IMG/VR virus record: IMGVR_UViG_3300012667_000675
Coordinates: 1-29,452 of that record
Source: a virus
Lineage: Duplodnaviria; Caudoviricetes
Strand: one strand, 5' to 3'
Length of the DNA: 29,452 bases
Both the position numbers and the translations under genes were made by a program. This document shows positions 16,532 to 24,519 of this stretch, in pieces. Each line of letters opens with the position of its first letter. Position 1 is the stretch's first letter. The notes below the pieces were generated by a model, which worked only from the letters and a program-made list of their open reading frames with translations, ran no database searches and was not told the DNA's origin.

Positions 16532-16987
16532 TCAAGATGCTTTGCGTAGGATGCGGTCGAGGTCGGCCTTGCGGTAGTGGGGGACGGGACGCGGGGTGCG
16601 GAAGACCTTGCGGGCGATGTCCATGCCGTCGATGCGGTATTGGATGCCGCGGACGGTGCGTCGCTTCTTGCGGGCATACTGCGTCAGCGTCACCCATCCG
16701 TCCGGGCTTTTGAACTCTTCGAGGGCCAGCGCGGCTTCGAGCGCCTTGGGCCAAGTCTTGAACTTAGGCGACAGGCGATACATCAGGCGGTTGTGCTTGA
16801 TGCGCCGCTCTTCGGCGAAGCCTGCCTTGACGATGCGGGCGACCGGGCCGCGAACACCAGCGAGGGTCTTCAGGCCAAGCAGAGGCACGATGTCCAGCGT
16901 CCTGATCCAGCCGTCGTAACTGACCGCACGCTCGACGTGCATAGGCATTTCCTTCCTGACGGCCTTGAGGAAGTCGGTTACGCGCAT
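16532..16987 (-). CDS. Basic DNA-binding protein with two putative wHTH/HTH domains
   Basis: 151 aa from ATG 16987 (TGATG coupling). It has two related starts (DGWIRTLDIVPLLG and DGWVTLTQYARKKRRT), and an Xis-like ending HYRKADLDRIL. Confidence 0.55.
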   Translation of the reverse strand: MRVTDFLKAVRKEMPMHVERAVSYDGWIRTLDIVPLLGLKTLAGVRGPVARIVKAGFAEERRIKHNRLMYRLSPKFKTWPKALEAALALEEFKSPDGWVTLTQYARKKRRTVRGIQYRIDGMDIARKVFRTPRPVPHYRKADLDRILRKAS

Positions 16988-17757
16988 CAGATCAGGTCGT
17001 AAGCGGTCGAGCAGATGAACTTGCCCTGGAAGCGATGAGCCGTCCAGACCTTGCAGTCGCCGGTCTTTTCGTCGATTACCCCGAAGAGCCAGCCGTTGCA
17101 CCACTTGGTCGTGGCTAGGCGGCGCAGCGCGTAGTCGGCCTTGGTGATGTCCATCATGCACATCCCAGAGACGCCCACGATGGAAGCCTCTAAGTGCTCG
17201 ATGGTGCAGAGGGAGAAGTCGTGCGTGTGTCCGTGGATGACCACATCCCCTGGGCGGCCTAGGGTGCGGGCGGTCTCGCGGGTGGCGTTGACGCCAGCAC
17301 GGAAGCCGTGACACCCGGTAAGTTTACCGATGCGGAAGCGGTTCACGTCAGCTTCGGACTTACCCTTGACAGAGTAGCGGTGAATCTCCTTGCAGCCGAT
17401 GGCCTGAAGGGAGTCGGTATAGGACTGCACGGCGCGTCGGGCGTTGTCTGCCCGGTCACCGTTGCGGGAGTGCATCATTTCCTCGGCGCGGATGTCGTGG
17501 TTGCCCTGCATGAAGATGGTAGGCTTGAGCACCTTACGCAGGAAATAATTCCCGTGCTTAAGGTCGTCATTGATACCTTCCTCTTGGTCTTCTGGGCTGG
17601 CACCTTTACGCCAAGCTCCGAAATCGAAGCAGTCGCCGAGCATTATTCGCACCGTCGGTTTCCAGCGCCCGATGTGAACTGCAAGAGCCTCTTGGCTTTC
17701 TTGGCAGACGTGATGACCGTGATTATCTCCGGCCGCGATCCAGCGAATGATGCTCAC
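16987..17757 (-). CDS. Calcineurin-like metallophosphoesterase
   Basis: All five motifs are present: GDNHG, GDCFD, GNHD, CHG and GHTH. Confidence 0.9.
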   Translation of the reverse strand: MSIIRWIAAGDNHGHHVCQESQEALAVHIGRWKPTVRIMLGDCFDFGAWRKGASPEDQEEGINDDLKHGNYFLRKVLKPTIFMQGNHDIRAEEMMHSRNGDRADNARRAVQSYTDSLQAIGCKEIHRYSVKGKSEADVNRFRIGKLTGCHGFRAGVNATRETARTLGRPGDVVIHGHTHDFSLCTIEHLEASIVGVSGMCMMDITKADYALRRLATTKWCNGWLFGVIDEKTGDCKVWTAHRFQGKFICSTAYDLI

Positions 17758-18068
17758 TTCGTTGAAAGGTATGGGATGGGCTTGCCGGCATCGAAGGCCG
17801 CGAGCATCTCGTCACGGCGCTGACGGGCGATGGTCAGGTCGCCGCCGATGTTCTCGACGATGTCTTTGCCGCGACGACGCAGGCGGAACCACCAGCAGGA
17901 GCCGAGGCGCTGGAGGTGGTGGTTCGGGTTGTCCTTCACGTTACGCTCGGACTTGCGATTGCCATGGCAGACCGTGAACTTCGGGCAGGAGGCGAGGAAG
18001 GCCATGCGGTCGGGGGCGATGCCGATACGCAGGCCCCACTGGATGGTTTCGCGGGTCAGAGTCTCCAT
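17754..18068 (-). CDS. Small protein with AP2/integrase-arm-like beta-sheet DNA-binding domain
   Basis: 104 aa from ATG 18068, containing NPNHHLQRLGSCWWFRLRRRGKDIVENIGGDLTIARQRRDEML. Confidence 0.5.
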   Translation of the reverse strand: METLTRETIQWGLRIGIAPDRMAFLASCPKFTVCHGNRKSERNVKDNPNHHLQRLGSCWWFRLRRRGKDIVENIGGDLTIARQRRDEMLAAFDAGKPIPYLSTK

Positions 18069-18649
18069 GACTTGGCGAGGTTGCGTCCTTCGGACATGAT
18101 CTGGTTGCGGGCGTTCGGCTTGAAGATGAACTCCTGGTCGAACAGGTGGCTGGCACGTATCTCGGCGATGCTGTCCAGTTCTTCGTCGTTCGCGGGGCCG
18201 ACGCCGGCGGTGGCGACGTAGACCGTGCGGACCTTCCAGCCTTTCTCCCAGAGGATGTCCTGGCAGACGCGCAGCTCGTTGATGTAGCGCCAATCGGAGC
18301 AGACGACGGTCTCAGGGGAAGGTTGGTCGTGGTGCTTCATGACCGGGCACCAGTTGGCGAAGTGTCGGGCGAAGACGTCCCGATCCATGCGGCGTGCGAA
18401 CTTGCCGGCGTGGACGAGGAAGTCGCGGTTATCCACCTTGAAGTCCTCGCGGAAGAAGTCGCCTTCAAGACCGAGGTAATCCATGTAGTGGTTCGCGGCC
18501 TCCTTGAGGGCGTCGGCGAAGTTGATGTGCTCGGCAGGGCGGGTGGACCACTCCAGCAGACCGCTTGCCAGAGTGTCCTTCCCGGCCCTAGCGAAGCCGG
18601 AGATAAGGACGAGTGTCGGGGCGGCCATCGGCGTGGGAGCGTCGGTCAT
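18056..18649 (-). CDS. Deoxynucleoside monophosphate kinase (T4 gp1/T5-like)
   Basis: ISGFARAGKDT, FADALKE and VVCSDWRYINE. Confidence 0.8.
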   Translation of the reverse strand: MTDAPTPMAAPTLVLISGFARAGKDTLASGLLEWSTRPAEHINFADALKEAANHYMDYLGLEGDFFREDFKVDNRDFLVHAGKFARRMDRDVFARHFANWCPVMKHHDQPSPETVVCSDWRYINELRVCQDILWEKGWKVRTVYVATAGVGPANDEELDSIAEIRASHLFDQEFIFKPNARNQIMSEGRNLAKSWRL

Positions 18650-18655
18650 GGTCGA

Positions 18656-19090
18656 TTAGAAGGGCGGGGCTTCGGTGTTCGCTTCGGGGACGACAGGCTT
18701 CTGGCTACCCTTGGGGAACGTCAGCTTGTATTTGAACTGGGGCTTGCCGTTCCACTCGCCGTTCGGGATGGCCTCGACGCCGATCAGGCAGGTCTTGCCG
18801 CAGGCGGGTTCGATGTACTGCATGAACTCGGCAGGGGTCGCGTCAAGGCGCAGCTCTTCGGTGAACTTGCCGGAGAACTTGCCGATGAGCATGGCGAGGG
18901 GCTTGGCGTACTTCGAGCCGTAGGACTTGGATAGGCAGTTGCCTTGGTCGTCGAGGAAGAACAGTCGGGCGGAGGAAGTGCCGTCCTCGTTGTGCTTCAC
19001 CTTCTCGAACTTCGGCTTGATGAGCTTCAGTTTGTAGGTGCCGTTCACTTCGATGGACTTGAGCGGGGGGCGGTCGTTGTTGGGTTCCAT
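18656..19090 (-). CDS. Putative single-stranded DNA-binding protein
   Basis: 144 aa with GTYKLKL and the SSB-type tail EANTEAPPF, adjacent to the exonuclease. Confidence 0.55.
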   Translation of the reverse strand: MEPNNDRPPLKSIEVNGTYKLKLIKPKFEKVKHNEDGTSSARLFFLDDQGNCLSKSYGSKYAKPLAMLIGKFSGKFTEELRLDATPAEFMQYIEPACGKTCLIGVEAIPNGEWNGKPQFKYKLTFPKGSQKPVVPEANTEAPPF

Positions 19091-19099
19091 GGTGGGAGA

Positions 19100-19906
19100 T
19101 TAGGCGAAGGAGATGTTGGTCGCGGCGCTGGGTTTGGCGGCGAGGTCGATGGTGGTGATCTCCTTCTGGTAGCCGGGCCATTCGCCCGAGGCCGTGCACT
19201 GCTTGTAGAGGGCCAGCGCGCGCTCGAAGTCGAAGGCGGCGTTCGTCATAAGTTCCGGCCCCAGCTCATAGACGGCGGTCGCATAGGGCGGCTCCTTCTC
19301 GACGGCGATGAAGCGGAAACCGAGGACGCGGCACTTGAAGGCCGACTCGACGGCGTGGCGGTAGAAGTAAGCCTGGAGGTTATAGCGGTACTTGCGGACG
19401 GCGGACAGGAAGCCTTGAGGGCTCGCGTCTTCGCAGGTCTTCAGGTCGTAGATGTAGCCGTCGTCGGAAATGCCGTCGATGGCGCACTTGACCAGCGTGT
19501 CACCGAGGAAGGCCGTGAACATCACTTCGGTCTTCGAGAGGACGATGCCGTGCTCCTTCATGCAGCCGATCGCGGCGTTAGAGACAGCGTCGACCAAGGC
19601 GCCTTCATCGGCGGTCAGGATGGACTTGCCTTCGTTGGCGGTGGCGAACTCAGCCCACGCGGCCTTGCCTTCCTTCGTGCGCTTATCGACTTCGGGGGCG
19701 ATGGCGTGGGTGGCGTTGTAAGCGTCCAGCCCTTCGAGGGCGAGCTTGTGGACGGCGGTGCCGACCCGGAGAGCCTTGGACTCTTCGCGGGTGCGGTTCA
19801 GGTAGGCTTGGTAGTGAGCCGGAGACTTGAGCAGTTCCTTGGCTCCGCTCTGGTTGAGGGCTTCGATGCCGTCGTAGACGACGCGTTCGGTGATGAGGTC
19901 AGGCAT
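19100..19906 (-). CDS. RecE/ExoVIII-like PD-(D/E)XK exonuclease (DUF3799-type)
   Basis: LNQSGAKELLKSPAHY, GTAVHKLALE, KCAID, YDLKT, YNLQAYFY, FIAVEKEPPY and WPGY. The likely start is ATG 19906. Confidence 0.88.
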   Translation of the reverse strand: MPDLITERVVYDGIEALNQSGAKELLKSPAHYQAYLNRTREESKALRVGTAVHKLALEGLDAYNATHAIAPEVDKRTKEGKAAWAEFATANEGKSILTADEGALVDAVSNAAIGCMKEHGIVLSKTEVMFTAFLGDTLVKCAIDGISDDGYIYDLKTCEDASPQGFLSAVRKYRYNLQAYFYRHAVESAFKCRVLGFRFIAVEKEPPYATAVYELGPELMTNAAFDFERALALYKQCTASGEWPGYQKEITTIDLAAKPSAATNISFA

Positions 19907-19946
19907 GGTGATCGGTGTTTGGTGTTCTGGGTTGTGGTGGGAAAGG

Positions 19947-20300
19947 TCAGAGGGAGTCGTCGTCAGGGGCGGACTCTTCGACGGAGGCGGAGATGCGGCG
20001 CACGTCTTCGATGGCCTTCTCGGCGGCGTTCTCCATCTGCTCGAGGGTGTTCCGCAGGACGCGCAGCTGGACGACCAGGACGTGGACGCGGTCATGCAGG
20101 GGCTTAACGGCGGCGGCCTCGTCGGCGAGTTCGATGGACTCGGAGAAGACCTGCAGTTCGGTGATCGCGGAGCGGTTCAGGTCGGAGAGGGTGATGATGT
20201 CGGCGTCGTGCTGTTCGTAGCGTCCGGCGATGTGCTGGACGGTGGCGAGACAGCCGGTGATGTTCTCCACTAGGCGCTTGATGTTTTCGCGGTTGGTCAT
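19947..20300 (-). CDS. Hypothetical helical protein
   Basis: 117 aa, ATGA coupling. Confidence 0.65.
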   Translation of the reverse strand: MTNRENIKRLVENITGCLATVQHIAGRYEQHDADIITLSDLNRSAITELQVFSESIELADEAAAVKPLHDRVHVLVVQLRVLRNTLEQMENAAEKAIEDVRRISASVEESAPDDDSL

Positions 20301-20545
20301 CGGTTGAAGGCAAGTTCCTTTATTTCCCCGCTCGGGGCAAGCGTGAAGAAGCGGACGTCCGACCGGGCGAGCGACGGGTAGGTCTTGCGCTTCCAGGCGT
20401 TAAGTTCCGTGAGGTAGTCCGCGTGCTTGCGGGACGTGAACTCGACGTAGGGGAAGCCGTCGAGGAAGAGCAGGAGGGCGTACTGGCCCGGGACGGTCTT
20501 GGCGATCGTGAGGATGCCTTTGGGGGTGGCGTGGGTGCGTTCCAT
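20297..20545 (-). CDS. Hypothetical protein
   Basis: 82 aa, globular composition, coupled to the downstream gene. Confidence 0.65.
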   Translation of the reverse strand: MERTHATPKGILTIAKTVPGQYALLLFLDGFPYVEFTSRKHADYLTELNAWKRKTYPSLARSDVRFFTLAPSGEIKELAFNR

Positions 20546-20679
20546 TTGTTGAGGGAGAATAGGTAATCCCAGTGGGACTTGGCCATGGCGAGTTCATTCG
20601 CCACGAAACTGGCCTCAACCTCAGTCAGCCCTCGCTTGATGAAGCGGGAGTTCTTGAGGCTGGGGCCACGTCCGCTCAT
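20320..20679 (-). CDS. Hypothetical protein whose 3' part overlaps 20297..20545
   Basis: ATGA-coupled start at 20679 fills the 20545-20676 gap. The first ~50 aa look globular, and the rest is S/R/P-rich. Confidence 0.45.
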   Translation of the reverse strand: MSGRGPSLKNSRFIKRGLTEVEASFVANELAMAKSHWDYLFSLNKWNAPTPPPKASSRSPRPSRASTPSCSSSTASPTSSSRPASTRTTSRNLTPGSARPTRRSPGRTSASSRLPRAGK

Positions 20680-20933
20680 CGGCCAGTCTTGGCACCCTTC
20701 CAACGGGCGATGGTGGCGGTCATCACGGCGCGGGAAATCTGGCAGGTGATCATGCCGGTGCCGAGGATATCCTCCATGACCCGGGCGAGTTCGTCGCCGG
20801 CATAGCGCATCTCTGCAATAGTCTTGGCTTGGTTCTCAGCACGGGCCTCGGTGGCCGCGAGCATATTGCCCTGGTGCAGGGAACGCATCGCCATGCTGAC
20901 CGGGTCGAAAGGGTCGAACTCAGGCTGGCTCAT
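20676..20933 (-). CDS. Hypothetical protein
   Basis: 85 aa, ATGA-coupled to ERF. Confidence 0.65.
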   Translation of the reverse strand: MSQPEFDPFDPVSMAMRSLHQGNMLAATEARAENQAKTIAEMRYAGDELARVMEDILGTGMITCQISRAVMTATIARWKGAKTGR

Positions 20934-21382
20934 CGGGTGAGGGGGCGAGGGGTGGCAGGGGCGGGAACTACGGAGGCCGCAGGACGGAAGCCAGAGGCCA
21001 CGGCGCCGTCATCGTCGAGGTCGACCGAGATGCCACAGGCGGTCTGGATGGACTGGCGGCGGATATAGGTGATGGCTCCGCCAATCTGCTGGGCGGTAAG
21101 GCCGTCAGCCTTCACCATCAGTTTGCCGAAGTCGAAGCGTTCGCCGGATGCGTGGAGGAAGGCGGTCGACACGCCGACCTTGCCGTCCTCAGAGACGAGC
21201 GTCTGGATCAGGGCGAGGTCGTGGTCGAGCAGCACCGGCTTGATGGCGTCGAGCAGGGCGTCGAGGGAGACGTACTTTGCCTTGAAGGCGGGGTTGATTT
21301 TGTTGGCCTTGACGTTGTCGAGCTCAGCGAGCGCGGCGACGAGGGAGGCCGTGGCGGTTTGGGTTTTGGGGGGCGTGGTCAT
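20930..21382 (-). CDS. erf: ERF-family single-strand annealing protein
   Basis: NPAFKAKYVSLDALLDAIKP, HASGE, and QQIGGAITYIRR..GI..DDDG. Confidence 0.9.
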   Translation of the reverse strand: MTTPPKTQTATASLVAALAELDNVKANKINPAFKAKYVSLDALLDAIKPVLLDHDLALIQTLVSEDGKVGVSTAFLHASGERFDFGKLMVKADGLTAQQIGGAITYIRRQSIQTACGISVDLDDDGAVASGFRPAASVVPAPATPRPLTR

Positions 21383-21391
21383 GGTGGGAGA

Positions 21392-21616
21392 TTATTTGGT
21401 GGGTTCGTTAGCCTTGGCGACTTCACCGGCCTTGATGGTGGCCTCGATGTCGGCGAGAGACATCCGGGTATAGCCAGGGACGAAGAGGTTGTAGTAGGTC
21501 ACGCCGTTGCGGACGGTGGGCGTAAGCAAGCGGGCGACCTTCTGGTCAGGTAATACGATGTATGACGAGTCCGCGATGATGCGGTAGTCGGCGGGGAGTT
21601 TCGGGTCTTTCTTCAT
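21392..21616 (-). CDS. Hypothetical protein (weakly NUMOD4-like)
   Basis: 74 aa flanked on both sides by TAATCTCCC leaders. Confidence 0.6.
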   Translation of the reverse strand: MKKDPKLPADYRIIADSSYIVLPDQKVARLLTPTVRNGVTYYNLFVPGYTRMSLADIEATIKAGEVAKANEPTK

Positions 21617-21622
21617 GGGAGA

Positions 21623-22087
21623 TTAGTTGATGACGCGGCGGGTGGCGGCGTCGTAGATCAGGAGGGCGTCGGCGTTCCAGAGAGTCACGTCCGTGTTCGG
21701 GAACAGTTCGGCAGCGCGGGCCTTGAGTTTGTTTTTCCACTGCGTCGTGGTCAGTTCGCCCTTGGTGCCGCAGGTGTGGGCCTTCTGCCAGATGGCGGGG
21801 CGGATGCGGTGAATCTTCCAGCCCATGGCGACGGCGGCGCCGTAGAGGACGCCAGTGTTCCACATCAGTTTGCCGATGGCGGAGCCGGGGATGTTCTTGC
21901 CGGCGAAGAGGGGCGGTTCCTCAAGGAAGAGTTCCGCGTCCTTGGCCTTGCAGCTCAAGTCGGCGAGCAGCTGGCAGACCTCGACATCCGACCCGGGCAT
22001 CTTAGCGCACTCGACAGGGTCGCCGTCGACCGACCACACGATGCCACCGTTCACGCCAGGGTCGATTGCCACAAGGAGGGATGCCAT
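21623..22087 (-). CDS. RuvC-like Holliday junction resolvase
   Basis: VAIDPGVNGG, FLEE, IRPAIWQK and ADALLI. The likely start is ATG 22087. Confidence 0.85.
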   Translation of the reverse strand: MASLLVAIDPGVNGGIVWSVDGDPVECAKMPGSDVEVCQLLADLSCKAKDAELFLEEPPLFAGKNIPGSAIGKLMWNTGVLYGAAVAMGWKIHRIRPAIWQKAHTCGTKGELTTTQWKNKLKARAAELFPNTDVTLWNADALLIYDAATRRVIN

Positions 22088-22100
22088 TGGGAAAGACTCT

Positions 22101-22550
22101 TTAACGAGGGTGCGGGGACAAGCGGAAAAGATTGGCCACGCGGAAGGCGTAGTCGTTAGGGCGGAAGGCACGCTCGCGGGCGGCGGTCCAGCCCACGTTC
22201 CAGACGAGGGCCATCTGTTCGGGGGTCGGGTTGGTCATCCCGATGCGGTGGAAGTTCGACCTGATCCAGCGGAGGTGGGAGGCGGCGACCATGTCTTGGG
22301 CGGTAGCGTCGCGCCACTTCGACCAAGGGAAGGCGTAGTGGCCCTCGGCCTTGAGGCGGGCGGAGGCGTCGTCCCATGCCTCCTTGCCGACCTGATACAT
22401 ACCGCGTTCACCGGCCTTGCCGATGGCCTTGCGGTTATGCCCAGACTCGACCTGAGCGACGGCGGAGAGGAAGGCAGCGTCAGACTTAGCCTGGGCGGAT
22501 AGGCCTAGGAGCAGGAGGGCGACGACGGAGAAGCGCTGGTTGAGGGTCAT
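22101..22550 (-). CDS. Lytic transglycosylase (SLT/lysozyme-like) with N-terminal signal peptide
   Basis: Signal MTLNQRFSVVALLLLGLSAQA, catalytic VES, AIGKAGERGMYQV and ALVWNVG. Confidence 0.82.
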   Translation of the reverse strand: MTLNQRFSVVALLLLGLSAQAKSDAAFLSAVAQVESGHNRKAIGKAGERGMYQVGKEAWDDASARLKAEGHYAFPWSKWRDATAQDMVAASHLRWIRSNFHRIGMTNPTPEQMALVWNVGWTAARERAFRPNDYAFRVANLFRLSPHPR

Positions 22551-22912
22551 GCGCTCGGCTTCCCCTCCTTGGCGGCGTTCCACGCTTTGACGGATTGGTG
22601 GACGATGGTCGGGCCGTTGTAGTCCTTTGCCATCTCCTCGTTGAACTGAATGGAGGAAGCCATCGCATCCCCGGCCTTGACGAGCCGCTCGTATTGCTCG
22701 ACAGGCACGGCGGTCACGAAGGACGAGGCCCGGAGCCGCTCGACCTCGGCCTTGAGGCGGGCGATTTCCTCTTGCAGTTCCTTGCTAGGGATCAGGGTTG
22801 AGTTACAGAAAATCATCAAGTGCTGCACCTCGGTTTTGAGGCGCGCGTTCTCGGCTTCAAGCAGGCTTGCCCGGACAAGATGCGGACAGGTGTCGTTATC
22901 GTGTTCGCTCAT
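22547..22912 (-). CDS. Coiled-coil hypothetical protein
   Basis: 121 aa from ATG 22912, with the repeated unit ARLK(T/A)EV. ATGA coupling on both sides. Confidence 0.65.
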   Translation of the reverse strand: MSEHDNDTCPHLVRASLLEAENARLKTEVQHLMIFCNSTLIPSKELQEEIARLKAEVERLRASSFVTAVPVEQYERLVKAGDAMASSIQFNEEMAKDYNGPTIVHQSVKAWNAAKEGKPSA

Positions 22913-23193
22913 ACGCGTCTCGGAACTTGTGATCCGGCGACCTCGAAGCCATCGACCTCGTAGGAGTAGGTAATGCCGACCCAGCCGCCGGCGGCGACGT
23001 AAGCCTGGAGCGAGACCTTGCTGGCCCCGTCCTCGTGCAGGGCTTCGTGATAGTGGTGCAGGAGCTTCTTCATGCGGTCGGACTGGATGGCCGTCTTGTT
23101 GGAGCAAATATCACCCGTCAGGATTCGCTCGTTGATTTCAAAAACCTCCTCGAGGAGATGACGCATACCGTCCAGATGTCGGAAGTCAGTCAT
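22909..23193 (-). CDS. Hypothetical protein
   Basis: 94 aa from ATG 23193, with leader CCCATCCCC. Confidence 0.65.
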   Translation of the reverse strand: MTDFRHLDGMRHLLEEVFEINERILTGDICSNKTAIQSDRMKKLLHHYHEALHEDGASKVSLQAYVAAGGWVGITYSYEVDGFEVAGSQVPRRV

Positions 23194-23512
23194 GGGGATG
23201 GGCGTCAGGGGTGATGGCGCCGCGGATGATACGGCTTTCCATGTCGGCGATGACTCGCTCATTATGCATGGCCACGGCGTAGGCCCGGTCGTGCTTGGCG
23301 ATCCAATGCTCGCGGGAGTGGGAGAGCCGGGTGACCTCCTGACGGAGCAGGCGGTTCTCATCGTCGGTCTTGTCGGCCAGAGCCCGCAGCGCGTTGCAGT
23401 TGCGGTGCAGTTGGCGAGCGACGCTCCAGGGGAAGAGCCACCAGAGGCGGGGGAGGGAGTCGGGTTTGACGATGAGCATGGGATTGTAGGGGCGGTGGGA
23501 TGGGTCAGGCAT
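23186..23512 (-). CDS. Hypothetical protein with a W-rich patch and coiled coil
   Basis: 108 aa, containing LWWLFPW. Confidence 0.6.
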   Translation of the reverse strand: MPDPSHRPYNPMLIVKPDSLPRLWWLFPWSVARQLHRNCNALRALADKTDDENRLLRQEVTRLSHSREHWIAKHDRAYAVAMHNERVIADMESRIIRGAITPDAHPHD

Positions 23513-23798
23513 GGAAAGAAGGGAGCACGGCGACGAATTCGATATACATCATTCCTTCGTCCAGGTCGTATTCATTATATTCGATGACATTCCAAGGGCC
23601 TTCTTTCCAGATACTTTTGATTGTGCATCGGTTCGAGCGCTTCATGATCTTGGAGTCTTCGGGTTTGATGTATCCGGCGAACCTCACTCGGTTCTTGTCG
23701 TCACATCCAGCGCGTGAGACGGAAACAAGGAGCGTCTCGTCAGAGTTGACGACGAGCTCGAGTTCGGCTGGAGCGTTTTGAATCATATGGTAGGCCAT
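23505..23798 (-). CDS. Low-GC hypothetical protein (moron-like)
   Basis: 97 aa. By hand count GC is 56/120 at 23521-23640, versus 40/60 at 23341-23400. Confidence 0.6.
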   Translation of the reverse strand: MAYHMIQNAPAELELVVNSDETLLVSVSRAGCDDKNRVRFAGYIKPEDSKIMKRSNRCTIKSIWKEGPWNVIEYNEYDLDEGMMYIEFVAVLPSFHA

Positions 23799-23802
23799 AG
23801 GT

Positions 23803-24240
23803 TCAGCGGTAGTTCTGGAACTTGTAGGTCGAGATGTCGCGGGGGGCGTACTTGGGCTTCAGGTGCCCGGTGTTCGCCAGCCAGCGGTAGACGACCGACT
23901 TGTCCATGCCGAGGAGTTCGGCCGTCTTGCTGGCCATGTAGCCGGTCTTTTCGTAGACGGGGAGAATCTTCTCTTCCCAGCCCGTATGGTCGTGCTTGTA
24001 GATCGTGCGGCCGTTGTGGTTGTTCAGGCGGTAGCCGAGGATGCGCAGCCACTGATTGACGCAGGACGACGAGATGCCCAGGCGGGAGGCGATGTCGAGG
24101 GCGCCGAGGCGTTCCTTGTGGTCGAGTTGCGGGAGTTGAGCGCGGAAGGCGAGGATGCGGTCGAACTTGAGTTGGCTCATCTTGACGCCGTTCAAGGTCT
24201 GCGTGGCCTTCGGGGGGCGGGGGGCTTGTCCTTTGGGCAT
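23803..24240 (-). CDS. Double-HTH DNA-binding protein
   Basis: ALDIASRLGISSSCVNQWL and ASKTAELLGMDKSVVYRWL. The likely start is ATG 24240. Confidence 0.75.
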   Translation of the reverse strand: MPKGQAPRPPKATQTLNGVKMSQLKFDRILAFRAQLPQLDHKERLGALDIASRLGISSSCVNQWLRILGYRLNNHNGRTIYKHDHTGWEEKILPVYEKTGYMASKTAELLGMDKSVVYRWLANTGHLKPKYAPRDISTYKFQNYR

Positions 24241-24244
24241 GGTC

Positions 24245-24505
24245 TTATTTGTTGCGCTTGGCGTAGGGGCCGCGGCGGTTGAGGTTCGACCAGGAGATGC
24301 CGGCGAGCGCGATCCACGTGCGGACGGCGCCGACGGAGACTTCGAGGGCCTTGGCCGCATCGGCCTGAGACTTGCCGGCGGTGTTGAGTGCGTTCAGTTG
24401 CGGGAGCGTCTCGGCCAGACGGCGGGCGGCGTGGGGGAGCACCGGGCGGGACAGGCGAATGGGGCGGTCACCGACGGTGATGAGGTCGATTGGTTCTTGG
24501 TTCAT
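24245..24505 (-). CDS. HTH DNA-binding protein
   Basis: GKSQADAAKALEVSVGAVRTWI. Confidence 0.78.
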   Translation of the reverse strand: MNQEPIDLITVGDRPIRLSRPVLPHAARRLAETLPQLNALNTAGKSQADAAKALEVSVGAVRTWIALAGISWSNLNRRGPYAKRNK

Positions 24506-24519
24506 GGTGTGGGTGGAGA

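Noticed and set aside
17754-18068. Integrase
   Set aside because: Only an arm-binding-like segment is present, with no tyrosine or serine recombinase catalytic domain.
21392-21616. HNH homing endonuclease
   Set aside because: There is only a faint NUMOD4-like resemblance and no HNH catalytic residues.
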